DNA from: a virus
Lineage: Duplodnaviria > Caudoviricetes
Strand: one strand, 5' to 3'
Length of the DNA: 64,000 bases
IMG/VR virus record: IMGVR_UViG_3300037840_000382
Location: 3,025-67,024 of that record
Shown here: positions 9,189 through 18,526 of the stretch, one piece after another
How the letters are laid out: each line of letters begins with the position of its first letter
How positions within the stretch are numbered: the first letter of the stretch is position 1
Program-made: the position numbers and the translations under genes
Notes under the pieces: model-generated
The model's database searches: none
The model's input: the letters and a program-made list of their open reading frames with translations, nothing else
What the model was told of the DNA's origin: nothing

Positions 9189-9358
9189 CCGACATTTTCA
9201 AGTGCAAGGACGAGATGCCGTCCAAGTACGAGAACACGGCGACTGCCATGGTGCGCGAGGACACGCTGCCCGGCACGCCGCTCTTGTCCGGCGAACAGCA
9301 TTTGTCCGGCCGATCGGTTGAACACGTCGCGAGGCCGCGTCGCGGCCACGCCGTTTGA
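9185..9358 (+). CDS. small hypothetical protein (57 aa)
   Basis: Manual translation MTDIFKCKDEMP...; ATGA overlap. Confidence 0.55.
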   Translation: MTDIFKCKDEMPSKYENTATAMVREDTLPGTPLLSGEQHLSGRSVEHVARPRRGHAV

Positions 9359-9370
9359 GGAGTCGAGCGA

Positions 9371-9550
9371 ATGGACCTTTTTCACAATTCCGCCAAGTCG
9401 ATCCCCAAGTCGGACGAGCAGATCGTGCGCGTCGATATGGAGTCGGATGACATTCAGGGACGCAAGTCGCACCTGCCAACGCAGGCGTCGTCGCCCGCCA
9501 TGACCATCTCCCACATCCCGAACGCGGGTAGCAGCATCGGAACCAAGTGA
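9371..9550 (+). CDS. small hypothetical protein (59 aa)
   Basis: GAGGAG RBS; TGATG overlap with the scaffold. Confidence 0.6.
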   Translation: MDLFHNSAKSIPKSDEQIVRVDMESDDIQGRKSHLPTQASSPAMTISHIPNAGSSIGTK

Positions 9551-10143
9551 TGGCGCTTATCGAAGTGGACGAGGAGGAAGTTCGCGCTAACCGCAAGCTG
9601 CGTGAGCAGATCGGTGCGTGGATGAAGAATCCCGTCGCGCGGCGCAAGCTGCTTGAGGCCAACAAGGCGTTCGATCCCAAAGCCGAGATCCCCGAGCTGG
9701 ATCAGCCTGATCCGCTAGAGCAGCGCGTGGCGCCGCTCCAAACCTCCGTTGAGGAACTGAAGAAGCAGCTCGCCGACGAGAAGGCAGCGCGCGAGCAGGA
9801 GAAGAAGCTTTCCGATCTGAGCACCGGCATCGAGCGCGACTTCGAAGATTTGCGTCGGAACCACGGCTTGCTTGCTGAGGGCGAAGCAGCTGTGCGCAAG
9901 ATTATGGAGGAGGAGGGTATCACCAAGCCGAAGATTGCTTGGGCTCACTTCCTTCGCGAGCATCCGCCGCAGACGCCGGTCGCGACCAGCGCCAGTTCGG
10001 GACCGTGGGATTTCCTCGCGCCGCCGGCTGACGACCAGGTGGACCTTAAGAAGCTCATCGAGTCGCAGGGCCAGTCAACGCTTGTGGTGGACAAGCTCGC
10101 GCGCGAGGCGTTGAGCGAGATTCGCGGACAAGCGCGACGCTAA
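9550..10143 (+). CDS. putative capsid scaffolding protein
   Basis: Charged coiled-coil protein directly upstream of the capsid gene. Confidence 0.65.
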   Translation: MALIEVDEEEVRANRKLREQIGAWMKNPVARRKLLEANKAFDPKAEIPELDQPDPLEQRVAPLQTSVEELKKQLADEKAAREQEKKLSDLSTGIERDFEDLRRNHGLLAEGEAAVRKIMEEEGITKPKIAWAHFLREHPPQTPVATSASSGPWDFLAPPADDQVDLKKLIESQGQSTLVVDKLAREALSEIRGQARR

Positions 10144-10157
10144 CGTAGGAGGCTAGT

Positions 10158-11210
10158 TTGCCACTTCCTGGTATTGGCGTCGCGCCAGCGGCGGGCAGCC
10201 TTTATAATGAGCTTTCGGCTGTTATGAGAAGGGCGTTTGTGCCCAGACTTTTCGTTCAAATTTACTTTGGAAGCCCCTTCCTCTTCTACATGACTGGCAA
10301 TGCGCAGCGTGCGGCCGGCGGTCTCAACCAGATTACTGTACCAATGCAAGGACAAAGCATGGTACAGGGTCAATTTACTGGCTACGGCGGCGGCTTCAAC
10401 AGTCCCGTTATCACGCCCGGTGTTCAAAACGGCCAGTGGAATCTCGCTTATTGGGTCGTGCCCGTTCCCCTCCCCTTTGGCGAGACGGTGTTGCAGGCGA
10501 CCGATCGCGAGATCAGCCTTCTCAAGGCGCGCATGAACGACGTATTTGCGGTGACGCGTCAGAACATGGCGCGGCTGTCGTTCACGAACAACTCGTCGAA
10601 TCCGCTGTTTCCGAATTCGATGCAGGATGCGTTCGACGACGGGACCAACTTCCCGACCTACGGGGGCATTTCGCGCACGGCTGCGGGCAATTCGGCTTTC
10701 AAGGGCCAGTACATCAACCTCGGGTCGGGCACGTTCAACCTCGGCACGATCGGCTTCACGCGCTCGACCATGTCCACGCTGCTCGCCTACGTCACGAATA
10801 ACGCGGGTGGCGAAGCGCCGACTTTCGTGGTCATGGCGCCCGGCGATTACGCGACGCTCAATAAGGACTTCATCGGGAACGAGCAGCAGGTCGTCTATCC
10901 CGGCATGTCGGGAGCCGGCAGCAAGGACATCGAGATCAGGTCGTCGTTCCCGAACCTCATTGTGTCGGGCGTGCCGATTTTCGCCGACCACTTCGTGCCG
11001 CAGGGCAACGTGTTCGGGGTCAACGTCAAGTACACGGCGATGTACCTGTCGGAGGACGCCGCGTTCGACTTCTCCGGCTTTTACTCGCTGGTGCCGCTCG
11101 GGCAGATCGGGCAGCAGGGCGTCGTGGTGGTTGGCTACGACTACGTGTCGGCCAAGTCCAGCTCGGGTTTCTGGGGCTATAATCTGTCCCCGCTCAGCGC
11201 TTCGTTCTAA
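10158..11210 (+). CDS. major capsid protein
   Basis: 350 aa, TTG start after AGGAGG; TYGGISR and GVPIFAD motifs; strongly biased codons; synteny. Confidence 0.85.
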   Translation: MPLPGIGVAPAAGSLYNELSAVMRRAFVPRLFVQIYFGSPFLFYMTGNAQRAAGGLNQITVPMQGQSMVQGQFTGYGGGFNSPVITPGVQNGQWNLAYWVVPVPLPFGETVLQATDREISLLKARMNDVFAVTRQNMARLSFTNNSSNPLFPNSMQDAFDDGTNFPTYGGISRTAAGNSAFKGQYINLGSGTFNLGTIGFTRSTMSTLLAYVTNNAGGEAPTFVVMAPGDYATLNKDFIGNEQQVVYPGMSGAGSKDIEIRSSFPNLIVSGVPIFADHFVPQGNVFGVNVKYTAMYLSEDAAFDFSGFYSLVPLGQIGQQGVVVVGYDYVSAKSSSGFWGYNLSPLSASF

Positions 11211-11222
11211 GGAGGTTAGCCA

Positions 11223-12413
11223 GTGTCCGCTCCCCTGTCAGGTCCCGGCCTTGGCTTTCAGTTGCCGCAGAATTTGTATCCCAGCGAGCTGCAAAACGCT
11301 CCGCTGGATGCGCCGAGCAACAAGATCACGCTGAATGCCGGCGATCAGATACCAATTCCCGCGGGTACGTGGGCGATATCGCTTGGCTCGTACCTCACAT
11401 TGGAGTTCCTCGACCCCGTTACCGGCGTGTGGGTGATGGCTGCCGCCGCGGCGTGGAATGACGGGCTCTATTACGTCAAGAGTGACGGCTTCAACCTGCG
11501 CATCTCCAACCGGCTTGGCTGTCCGGTGTGGGGCGTGATCATTGCGCCCGGTTCGGGTTACGTGCAAGCATCGACCACGGTCGCGGTGACCGGCGGCGGC
11601 GGTTCGACGTGGCAGCCGATTGTTGGTGGCCAGTTGTCAATGAACACGGCGACGATCGTGACCGCTAATGCGGGTGCTGGTTATGGCGTGCCGCCGATCG
11701 TGATGATTCCTTCGCCGCCGCCGGCGGGATCGAACCCGAACGGCGTCGGTGGCATCGCGGCGTCGGGTTACGCGACGATCTCCAGCGGGACCGTCAGCGG
11801 TTTCACCTTTACCAATCCGGGTGCCGGCTACACTGGTACGACGTTCAATGCGGTGTGTCTGCCGAATCCGACCGATCCGAACCTCGTGACGGGCATCACG
11901 CTTGGCACCATCACGTTCACGGTTGGCGCGTCGGGCTCGCTTACCGGCCTGCTCTGCACCAACCCCGGCAACCCGATTGCGAACCCGGCAAACATCTCGC
12001 TGGTGGTGTCGGGCGTCGGTACGGCGGGCAGCGTCAATCCGGTCATGCTTCAGACCGTGGTCACGGCGTCGGTGATCGGGGGCTCGACGATTTCGGGAGA
12101 TGCCGGCACGTTGGGGTATGTGACGACCGTCGGCGGCTACCCGCCGCAGGGCACGTTCACCAACAGCGAGGATTTTCTCTTCCTTCGCGCGCGGCCGCGT
12201 GCCGCGCAGATCGCGCTAACGGTTGGCGGTGCCGGCACGATTGCGGCGCAGGTCGGGACGATCTACGATAGCGGACTGTTCTTCTCGGCGCCGTCACCGC
12301 TTTTCATTGCCGATCCGGTCACAGCCACGACCGGCACCATCGTGGGCACCAGCACCATCTCGTTGACGATGGGTTCCAAGCCCGACGTGTGCATCATCCA
12401 GCCGGCGGCGTAA
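11223..12413 (+). CDS. Gly/Thr-rich virion structural (decoration/fibre) protein
   Basis: Repeated (N)xGxGY beta modules; follows the capsid gene; GGAGG RBS. Confidence 0.7.
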   Translation: MSAPLSGPGLGFQLPQNLYPSELQNAPLDAPSNKITLNAGDQIPIPAGTWAISLGSYLTLEFLDPVTGVWVMAAAAAWNDGLYYVKSDGFNLRISNRLGCPVWGVIIAPGSGYVQASTTVAVTGGGGSTWQPIVGGQLSMNTATIVTANAGAGYGVPPIVMIPSPPPAGSNPNGVGGIAASGYATISSGTVSGFTFTNPGAGYTGTTFNAVCLPNPTDPNLVTGITLGTITFTVGASGSLTGLLCTNPGNPIANPANISLVVSGVGTAGSVNPVMLQTVVTASVIGGSTISGDAGTLGYVTTVGGYPPQGTFTNSEDFLFLRARPRAAQIALTVGGAGTIAAQVGTIYDSGLFFSAPSPLFIADPVTATTGTIVGTSTISLTMGSKPDVCIIQPAA

Positions 12414-12414
12414 C

Positions 12415-12639
12415 GTGGCTGAGACCTATAGCCTTGCGGTCACGGGTGCCGGTTCTGGGCAGAAGTTTGCGCAAAAAGTGCATACGCTGCCCGACTCGGG
12501 TGCGACGCCGGGGGCCATGGCGCGGGCGCAGCGGTTGAATTTACCGCTGTTGACGCTTCAACCGGACGGTTCGCAGGTGTATTTTACGTTGGAAGCTGAG
12601 CGCTCGACGCCCGCCAATCCGATCTTGAGGCGCGTGTGA
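12415..12639 (+). CDS. small virion-region protein
   Basis: Tightly packed ORF. Confidence 0.6.
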   Translation: MAETYSLAVTGAGSGQKFAQKVHTLPDSGATPGAMARAQRLNLPLLTLQPDGSQVYFTLEAERSTPANPILRRV

Positions 12640-12657
12640 CCGGCGGGAGGACTGCCG

Positions 12658-13407
12658 GTGCTCAATCAATATCTCCTTCAAACCCAGCAGCTTCTCCAGA
12701 ACCCGGCAGCGCCGTCGCCACTCTACGCTACGTCTGACCTCACGGGTTGGATTAATACGGCGCGCGGGCAGCTCGCCGGCGAGGGTGAATGTATCCGCGC
12801 CATCGGTACGATTCCGACCGTTATCGGGCAGCGCGCCTACAACTTCTCGTCCATCAACGTCGGGGTCGCGGCGACGACGGGCGTGCAGGGCGTGATTCAC
12901 GTCCGGTCGGTGCGCTACGCGGTCGGTGATGGCTTCCAGCGCGTTGAGTCGCGCGCGTGGCCGTGGTTCGAGCTGTTTTCGCTGAACAACCCGGAGCCGC
13001 AGGCGGGTTCGCCGGTCGAGTGGAGTCAATTCGCTCAGGGTTCGAGCGGGCAGAGCACGGGGAGCGGCGCGTCGGGGAGCTTCTACCTCGACCCGCCCCC
13101 CGACCTGGTCTATGTGCTCAGCTGCGATTGCGTTTGCTACCCGCAGAAGCTAGCGGCTGACGGCGACGTGGAGGCAATTCCATTTTTATGGACTGACGCT
13201 GCACCGTTCTTTGCTGCGTATCTTGCGCTCATGTCGGCGCAGACGAATGCGCGGATTGCGGATGCCGAGCGTTTGTTTGGGCAGTATAAGACGTTTATGG
13301 GGCGTGCGCGACAATTTGCGAACCCGTCGGTGCTGCGCTCCCAGTATGAAGGAAGCGTTGATCCGACGCTTACGAGCAAGCTCGGTCTGCAGAAGGCGAC
13401 GGGCTGA
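12658..13407 (+). CDS. putative head-tail adaptor protein (paralog 1)
   Basis: LNQYL..T..LL, INTAR and C.C.PQ.L motifs shared with the next gene; synteny. Confidence 0.65.
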   Translation: MLNQYLLQTQQLLQNPAAPSPLYATSDLTGWINTARGQLAGEGECIRAIGTIPTVIGQRAYNFSSINVGVAATTGVQGVIHVRSVRYAVGDGFQRVESRAWPWFELFSLNNPEPQAGSPVEWSQFAQGSSGQSTGSGASGSFYLDPPPDLVYVLSCDCVCYPQKLAADGDVEAIPFLWTDAAPFFAAYLALMSAQTNARIADAERLFGQYKTFMGRARQFANPSVLRSQYEGSVDPTLTSKLGLQKATG

Positions 13408-14336
13408 TGGCGTCGCTGAATCAATATTTAAAGGACACTACTCGTCTCCTGCGCGACGCGCGTCAAGAGTCGATCAACCCGCTCGACATGATTGCTCACG
13501 TCAACACCGCGCGCCGCGAGGTGGCGATGCGCGCGCAGTGCGTGCGGGTACTCACGCCGATCTCGGGCTCGATCGTGTCGGCGAGCGTGACGGCCGGCGG
13601 GTCGGGTTACACCAGCCCCCCTACGGTCACGATCACGGCGCCGGATTTTCCCTCAGGCATGGGGGCGTTTCCTAACGGCAGCCAGGCGACTGCGCAGGCT
13701 CTGATCAGCGGCGGGAAGGTCTCGACAGTCGATATCAACTACGGCGGTTACGGCTACTTTCAGCCGCAAGTATCGTTTTCGGGCGGCGGGGGAACTGGGG
13801 CGGCGGCGACGCCGGTGCTCTCGGCGACTACGCAGTTTAGTCAGGGATTGGAGGTTTACAATTACGCTGACATCGATCTCAGCGCATTCCCCGGTGTGGG
13901 AGCAATCTATTATGCGCGCACGGTGTCGGTGATTTACGCGAACTATCGCTACACGCTATACGTTGCGGCGTTCTCCGACTATCAGGCGATGATTCGCCAG
14001 TACCCCTATCAATATACTTATGTCCCAGCATTCGCTGCTCAATTCGGACAAGGTACTGCCGGAAGTCTGTTTGTATACCCTCTTCCTTCTCAGGCATATC
14101 AATATGAACTAGACTGTCTTTGCTTACCACAAGACCTAAAAACAGATTTAAGTGTTGAAATTATACCGGACCCTTGGTCAGAAGCGGTAAAATATTTTAC
14201 CGCGCATCTATGTTATTTAGATTTGCAGAATTTCAATGCAGCGAAATTTTACTTAGAATTGTTTGACATGCATCTATTAAGATACAGTAATTACGCTAGA
14301 ATTGGGCGAGCACCTAACCGCTATGGACGGATTTGA
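13407..14336 (+). CDS. putative head-tail adaptor protein (paralog 2) with inserted beta module
   Basis: Same motifs as 12658..13407 plus a TAGGSGY..PTVTI insert. Confidence 0.65.
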   Translation: MASLNQYLKDTTRLLRDARQESINPLDMIAHVNTARREVAMRAQCVRVLTPISGSIVSASVTAGGSGYTSPPTVTITAPDFPSGMGAFPNGSQATAQALISGGKVSTVDINYGGYGYFQPQVSFSGGGGTGAAATPVLSATTQFSQGLEVYNYADIDLSAFPGVGAIYYARTVSVIYANYRYTLYVAAFSDYQAMIRQYPYQYTYVPAFAAQFGQGTAGSLFVYPLPSQAYQYELDCLCLPQDLKTDLSVEIIPDPWSEAVKYFTAHLCYLDLQNFNAAKFYLELFDMHLLRYSNYARIGRAPNRYGRI

Positions 14337-14989
14337 TCTGTGATCCAACTTTTCACGATAGCCGAAGCTATTTCCAGCATATCAGTGTCAGTGCCGACGC
14401 CTTTGATTGCGTTGCATCCCCAGAGAACAAAACGACAATTTGATTGCGTGTATCCGAGACAAGAGTCAATACGATCCAAGCTAGGAGAAAATGGATGTGG
14501 GCCGTTTGTTTCGTTTTTTCGAAATTCAATTCCTGTGATTTCGCATCGGCCTGTCCATCGCGAATTGGCCCATTCGTCTGTTAGATCGAAAGCGAGGTTT
14601 TTGTATTTAGCATGAGAGCGTCGGGACTTGAGCAGGTAGAGCCATGGTTTTTCTTTGGTTTCTTTTATTCGATACGTTTTGTAGTACCGTGGTTCGTGTT
14701 CACGGTACCAATCAGGTTGTGCTTGGCGGCGGTTGCGGCTTTTTTCGTTGTATTTTTCACGATCGAGTTGCCAAGCTCGTGTGTAGCAAAGTCTTGAACA
14801 AAATTGTTGATGCCGTTTGGTTGGCACAAACGAACTGCTGCAAATGGGACACCCTTTACTTTTGGCGAGCTTATCTTTTGTGGATGGACGTTTTCGATAG
14901 TTGGCGCGAAAGCATTTTCGAGAACAAAAAAGTTTGGTTCGTCCTGGTCTCTTTTGGGTTACCGTTTTTCCGCATTCTAAGCATCCCAT
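14321..14989 (-). CDS. free-standing HNH/His-Cys-like homing endonuclease with N-terminal Zn fingers
   Basis: Two CxxC..FCSxxC fingers; CEITG..SPSLDRID..GY..NCRFV..CN..KG; AT-rich; antisense to the operon. Confidence 0.75.
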   Translation of the reverse strand: MGCLECGKTVTQKRPGRTKLFCSRKCFRANYRKRPSTKDKLAKSKGCPICSSSFVPTKRHQQFCSRLCYTRAWQLDREKYNEKSRNRRQAQPDWYREHEPRYYKTYRIKETKEKPWLYLLKSRRSHAKYKNLAFDLTDEWANSRWTGRCEITGIEFRKNETNGPHPFSPSLDRIDSCLGYTQSNCRFVLWGCNAIKGVGTDTDMLEIASAIVKSWITDQIRP

Positions 14990-15058
14990 TGGTACGTACT
15001 CCTACCAAGTATTTGTATGTACCTAGCAGGCACCGTGTTGTCAAGGGGAGAATTTGAT

Positions 15059-15247
15059 ATGGGTTCTTTTGGCGAGCACGCAAAGGGGCAAGACCCTATG
15101 TTTCAGCGGTTTCGCGATTTGAACGCCCGGCTTAATCAAGAGTCTTTGGCTCGCTGGTATTCGTATCCACGTTGGCGGCGAGTAATGTATTTAGTTGGAA
15201 ATTGGATGGTCAGGCGTTCGAAAGTGCATTGGACTTGGACTTACTAA
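15059..15247 (+). CDS. small hypothetical protein
   Basis: GGGGAG RBS; stop abuts the next start. Confidence 0.45.
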   Translation: MGSFGEHAKGQDPMFQRFRDLNARLNQESLARWYSYPRWRRVMYLVGNWMVRRSKVHWTWTY

Positions 15248-17548
15248 ATGTCTCTCGAACAGCCCGAGCAAGCAGCCCAAGAGCAGGCTAACCCGTACCT
15301 CCCTGCGGGACCGCAGCCTCTCATCCATGACCAGTGGATGGGACTTGATACGTCGGGCGGCCGGACCGGCGTGCCGGACGAGAAGTGCTACTGGATAGAC
15401 GGTTTTATCCGGGTCGGGCCGCGGCAACTTCGTACTTTGTGGGACGTGGGTAGTGCGATCTTCACGCGTACCGATTCGTTGACAATCGTGTTTTTCGATT
15501 TTTTTAATATTGGGGCGACGCCTTATTGCGTTGTGTTTATGTCCGACGGTTCGGTGGTCGCGGTCAATACGACGACGCTTGCGGTCACGACAATATTAAC
15601 GGTCGGTTCGATTATCAATCCGTCAGTACTCAACCAGGGGATCACGCAGTGGGGACAGCAGTATCTCATTATCGTTTCCAACCAGACTAACGGCTATTGG
15701 CTGTGGAATGGCACAACGACGTTTCCAGCTGGCGGGATTGGGCCAACAGTTATTATCACTAATGTTGGAAAGGCTTATAAAACTCCTCCGACGGTTATCG
15801 TATCGGGAGGTCACGGTTCGGGCGCTACTTTTGTTTCGACCGTCATGAACGGTCAGGTGACTTCGATTACGATTACCAATCCTGGCACTGGTTATATTGC
15901 TGGCGATGCGCCGGTGATCACGTTGAGCGGTGGTACGGGGGTTGGTTCGGGCGCGTCGTTGACGGCGGTAATATCGAATGTGCCTGGTGGGTCGGGGGCA
16001 GTGCTTACTGCGCACATGACGTTTCAATCTGGGACTTCAAACTCTTTCTATGTAAGTAGCATAACGGTTACTAACGGAGGTAGTGGTTATAGTCAATTTG
16101 CGAGAGTATCTGTTACGGGAGGTAATCCATTTTCATCGGAGGTAGGAGTAAATCTCACTATAAGTGGAGGAATTATAACGGCTGCAACGCCTGTGCCGAA
16201 CTTTTTTACTACCGGCAATGAGTATTCTGGCGCGACTCCGCCGACAATTACTGTTGTGGACGATGGCGGCTTTTACGTCAGTAGCGTCACCGGTACGCCG
16301 ACTGGTACGGGCTACTCGCCCTCGACGACAGTGACGAGTTCAGGCGGCGCTGGGCCGGTCGCGCAAGCAGCTTTTTCGCCGGTCATTAATTCAAGCGGGG
16401 TCATCACTTCTGTGGTGGTAACGAGTGGCGGACTTTATAGCTCGAATTCTCCGTTGCCGACAATCACGATCTCCGACACTGCGGTGACGGCAACCGCGAC
16501 CGTCTCGCTCATGCCCTTCGCGATACAGGGGACGACGGTCGAGACCTACCAGGGGCATGTGTGGATTGCGAATGGGGCGACCTATTACTGGAGCGCTCCC
16601 GGCTCATTCACCGACTTCGCGACCTCGGATGGTGGGGGCAACACCACGTCGGCCGACTCGGTCTTGCGCGTCAATTACTCCAAGTTCATCCAGGCGAACG
16701 CTTACTTGTGGGCGATCGGCGACTCATCGGTCAATTACATCAGCGGTGTGCAGACGACGGGGACGCCGCCGACCACGACCTTCTCGAACCTCAATGCCGA
16801 CACGCAGACCGGCACGCCGTTCCCGGCGTCGGTAGAAAGCTTTGGGCGCGACGTGCTGTTTGCGAACGCCTTTGGCGTGCACGTTATTCGTGGCGGCAAC
16901 GTCGAGAAGATCAGTCACGAGCTGGATGGCGTGTGGAACACGGTCGCGACGCTGGCGAACGGCTACAACTTCGGCATGCAGCCGTCGGCTGCGCAGGCGA
17001 CGATCTTCGGCTCCAAGAAGGCGATTGTGGTGCTGGCGGCGATCGTGGATCCGGTGTCGGGCGCGACCGTCAACAAGCTGTTTCTTTACCACGAGAAGGA
17101 GTGGTTCGCGTCGCAGCAAAGTATGACGCTGACCTACGTGAAGCATCAGGAAATCCAGTCGCAGATCACGACCTACGGGACCGACGGCATCACGATCAAG
17201 CCGCTGTTCGCGGTTCCCTCGGCGGGCTTCCAGAAGACGGTGCAGACCAAATTGTGGGAGGCGCCCGGCGGTTTCTTGTTCAAGAAAGCCGCGACGCGCC
17301 TGTGGGGTCTTGCCAAGTACGATAGCGTTGTTTCCCCTAATTTGACTGCGATCGTGGACCAGCAGGCGCCGGCTAACTCGGTGACCTACACGATTGTCGG
17401 TCCGGCCGCGACTGGCTACTTTGTGGTGCCGCCGCAAGCGGTGGGGCAGGTGGGCGAGCTGACCGGGATGACGTGGAAGACTAACGCGGCGGATGCGTCG
17501 TTGGTGTCGATTATGCTGGGCGAGGACGTGGTGGGGTATCGTGGCTGA
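15248..17548 (+). CDS. tail nozzle / DNA stabilization protein with inserted Gly/Thr-rich repeats
   Basis: 766 aa, beta-propeller-like termini, central TNxGxGY repeats; podovirus synteny. Confidence 0.7.
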   Translation: MSLEQPEQAAQEQANPYLPAGPQPLIHDQWMGLDTSGGRTGVPDEKCYWIDGFIRVGPRQLRTLWDVGSAIFTRTDSLTIVFFDFFNIGATPYCVVFMSDGSVVAVNTTTLAVTTILTVGSIINPSVLNQGITQWGQQYLIIVSNQTNGYWLWNGTTTFPAGGIGPTVIITNVGKAYKTPPTVIVSGGHGSGATFVSTVMNGQVTSITITNPGTGYIAGDAPVITLSGGTGVGSGASLTAVISNVPGGSGAVLTAHMTFQSGTSNSFYVSSITVTNGGSGYSQFARVSVTGGNPFSSEVGVNLTISGGIITAATPVPNFFTTGNEYSGATPPTITVVDDGGFYVSSVTGTPTGTGYSPSTTVTSSGGAGPVAQAAFSPVINSSGVITSVVVTSGGLYSSNSPLPTITISDTAVTATATVSLMPFAIQGTTVETYQGHVWIANGATYYWSAPGSFTDFATSDGGGNTTSADSVLRVNYSKFIQANAYLWAIGDSSVNYISGVQTTGTPPTTTFSNLNADTQTGTPFPASVESFGRDVLFANAFGVHVIRGGNVEKISHELDGVWNTVATLANGYNFGMQPSAAQATIFGSKKAIVVLAAIVDPVSGATVNKLFLYHEKEWFASQQSMTLTYVKHQEIQSQITTYGTDGITIKPLFAVPSAGFQKTVQTKLWEAPGGFLFKKAATRLWGLAKYDSVVSPNLTAIVDQQAPANSVTYTIVGPAATGYFVVPPQAVGQVGELTGMTWKTNAADASLVSIMLGEDVVGYRG

Positions 17549-17883
17549 TGCCTAACATTGACCAGCTCACCGAGGAGGGGTGGACGGAGGACGATTTTAC
17601 TCGCTGGTCCTTTGCGCACGCCGCCGATCATCGCGACATCGACCGGGTGGTCTTGCAGACGCTGGGGATCAGGGTCGTCGAGTACGTGCTCGATCCCTTC
17701 CGCCGCGACGACCCCTCGTGGCTTTATCGTCACCAGGCGATGCACGACCAGATGAACAATGCTCTTGGCATCCAGGGGTATGACCTGCTCTCGATCGATT
17801 GGCGCGACCCGCAGGACGTGATACGCTGGATGAATGACAACGGCGACAACCACGACAGGGCGAGGACGCTTCTTAATCTGTGA
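17548..17883 (+). CDS. His/Asp-rich hypothetical protein
   Basis: TGATG overlap; repeated HxxxH. Confidence 0.7.
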   Translation: MPNIDQLTEEGWTEDDFTRWSFAHAADHRDIDRVVLQTLGIRVVEYVLDPFRRDDPSWLYRHQAMHDQMNNALGIQGYDLLSIDWRDPQDVIRWMNDNGDNHDRARTLLNL

Positions 17884-17892
17884 GGGTTGGAA

Positions 17893-18045
17893 ATGACGGT
17901 AGTGCAACTAGCGTTGATGCTTTGCATCCTGGAAAACAATATCGCGTTGGCAAAACCGGCGGATCAGCAGTCGGTATGTGCGGCACAGCCGGCGCAAGTG
18001 CAGGCTGCGTACATGCGGCAAGCGAAGTTTATATTGGGACAATGA
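17893..18045 (+). CDS. small hypothetical protein (50 aa)
   Basis: Manual translation MTVVQLALMLCIL...; fills the gap. Confidence 0.4.
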   Translation: MTVVQLALMLCILENNIALAKPADQQSVCAAQPAQVQAAYMRQAKFILGQ

Positions 18046-18052
18046 GGCGCGT

Positions 18053-18514
18053 ATGGCCGTAACAGCTGAAATTGCAAAGCGCGAGGTGGTGCGAGAGCAA
18101 ATTGCGATGCGCCGGTTCGAGGTGCCTGATCTCGACCGCCACGGGGGTTGGATCACGGATCGCCTGCTCAAGGCGTATCCGCATCGCACCGCGCGCGATC
18201 TCGCGGGCTGGCTGCGCGGGATCATCTACTCGAACGAGTTTTTGTTCCTCTACCAGGAGCACGGTGTGGCGCTTGCGACGGTCACGCGCGCGCACCCGCT
18301 GGAGATGAAGCCCGTTGTGCAGGAGATGTTCGTGTTCGTTAAGGAGGGACACGATCGCGAGGCCGTCGCTTTCTACGACGAGTTCGTGAGGTGGGGAAAG
18401 AACCAGGGCGTCGATGCTGTGATGGTTGAGGCCATGAGCGATGTGCCGCACGACATGATCAAGGAGCGCATGGGGCGGCTGTTCACGCGGCAGGTCGTGT
18501 TTGCGAGGTTATGA
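18053..18514 (+). CDS. GNAT-like protein
   Basis: Size and position before the ejection genes as in P22-like phages; QEMFVFV...FVRWGK pattern. Confidence 0.55.
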   Translation: MAVTAEIAKREVVREQIAMRRFEVPDLDRHGGWITDRLLKAYPHRTARDLAGWLRGIIYSNEFLFLYQEHGVALATVTRAHPLEMKPVVQEMFVFVKEGHDREAVAFYDEFVRWGKNQGVDAVMVEAMSDVPHDMIKERMGRLFTRQVVFARL

Positions 18515-18526
18515 TAGGAGGCTGCC

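Noticed and set aside
9185-9550. Two small head-region ORFs as tandem paralogs
   Set aside because: Similarity (D-x-F, VRxD) is too weak to assert by eye.
11724-11742. T-arm-like GGGTTCGATCCC on the minus strand
   Set aside because: No acceptor stem or D arm; lies within a structural gene.
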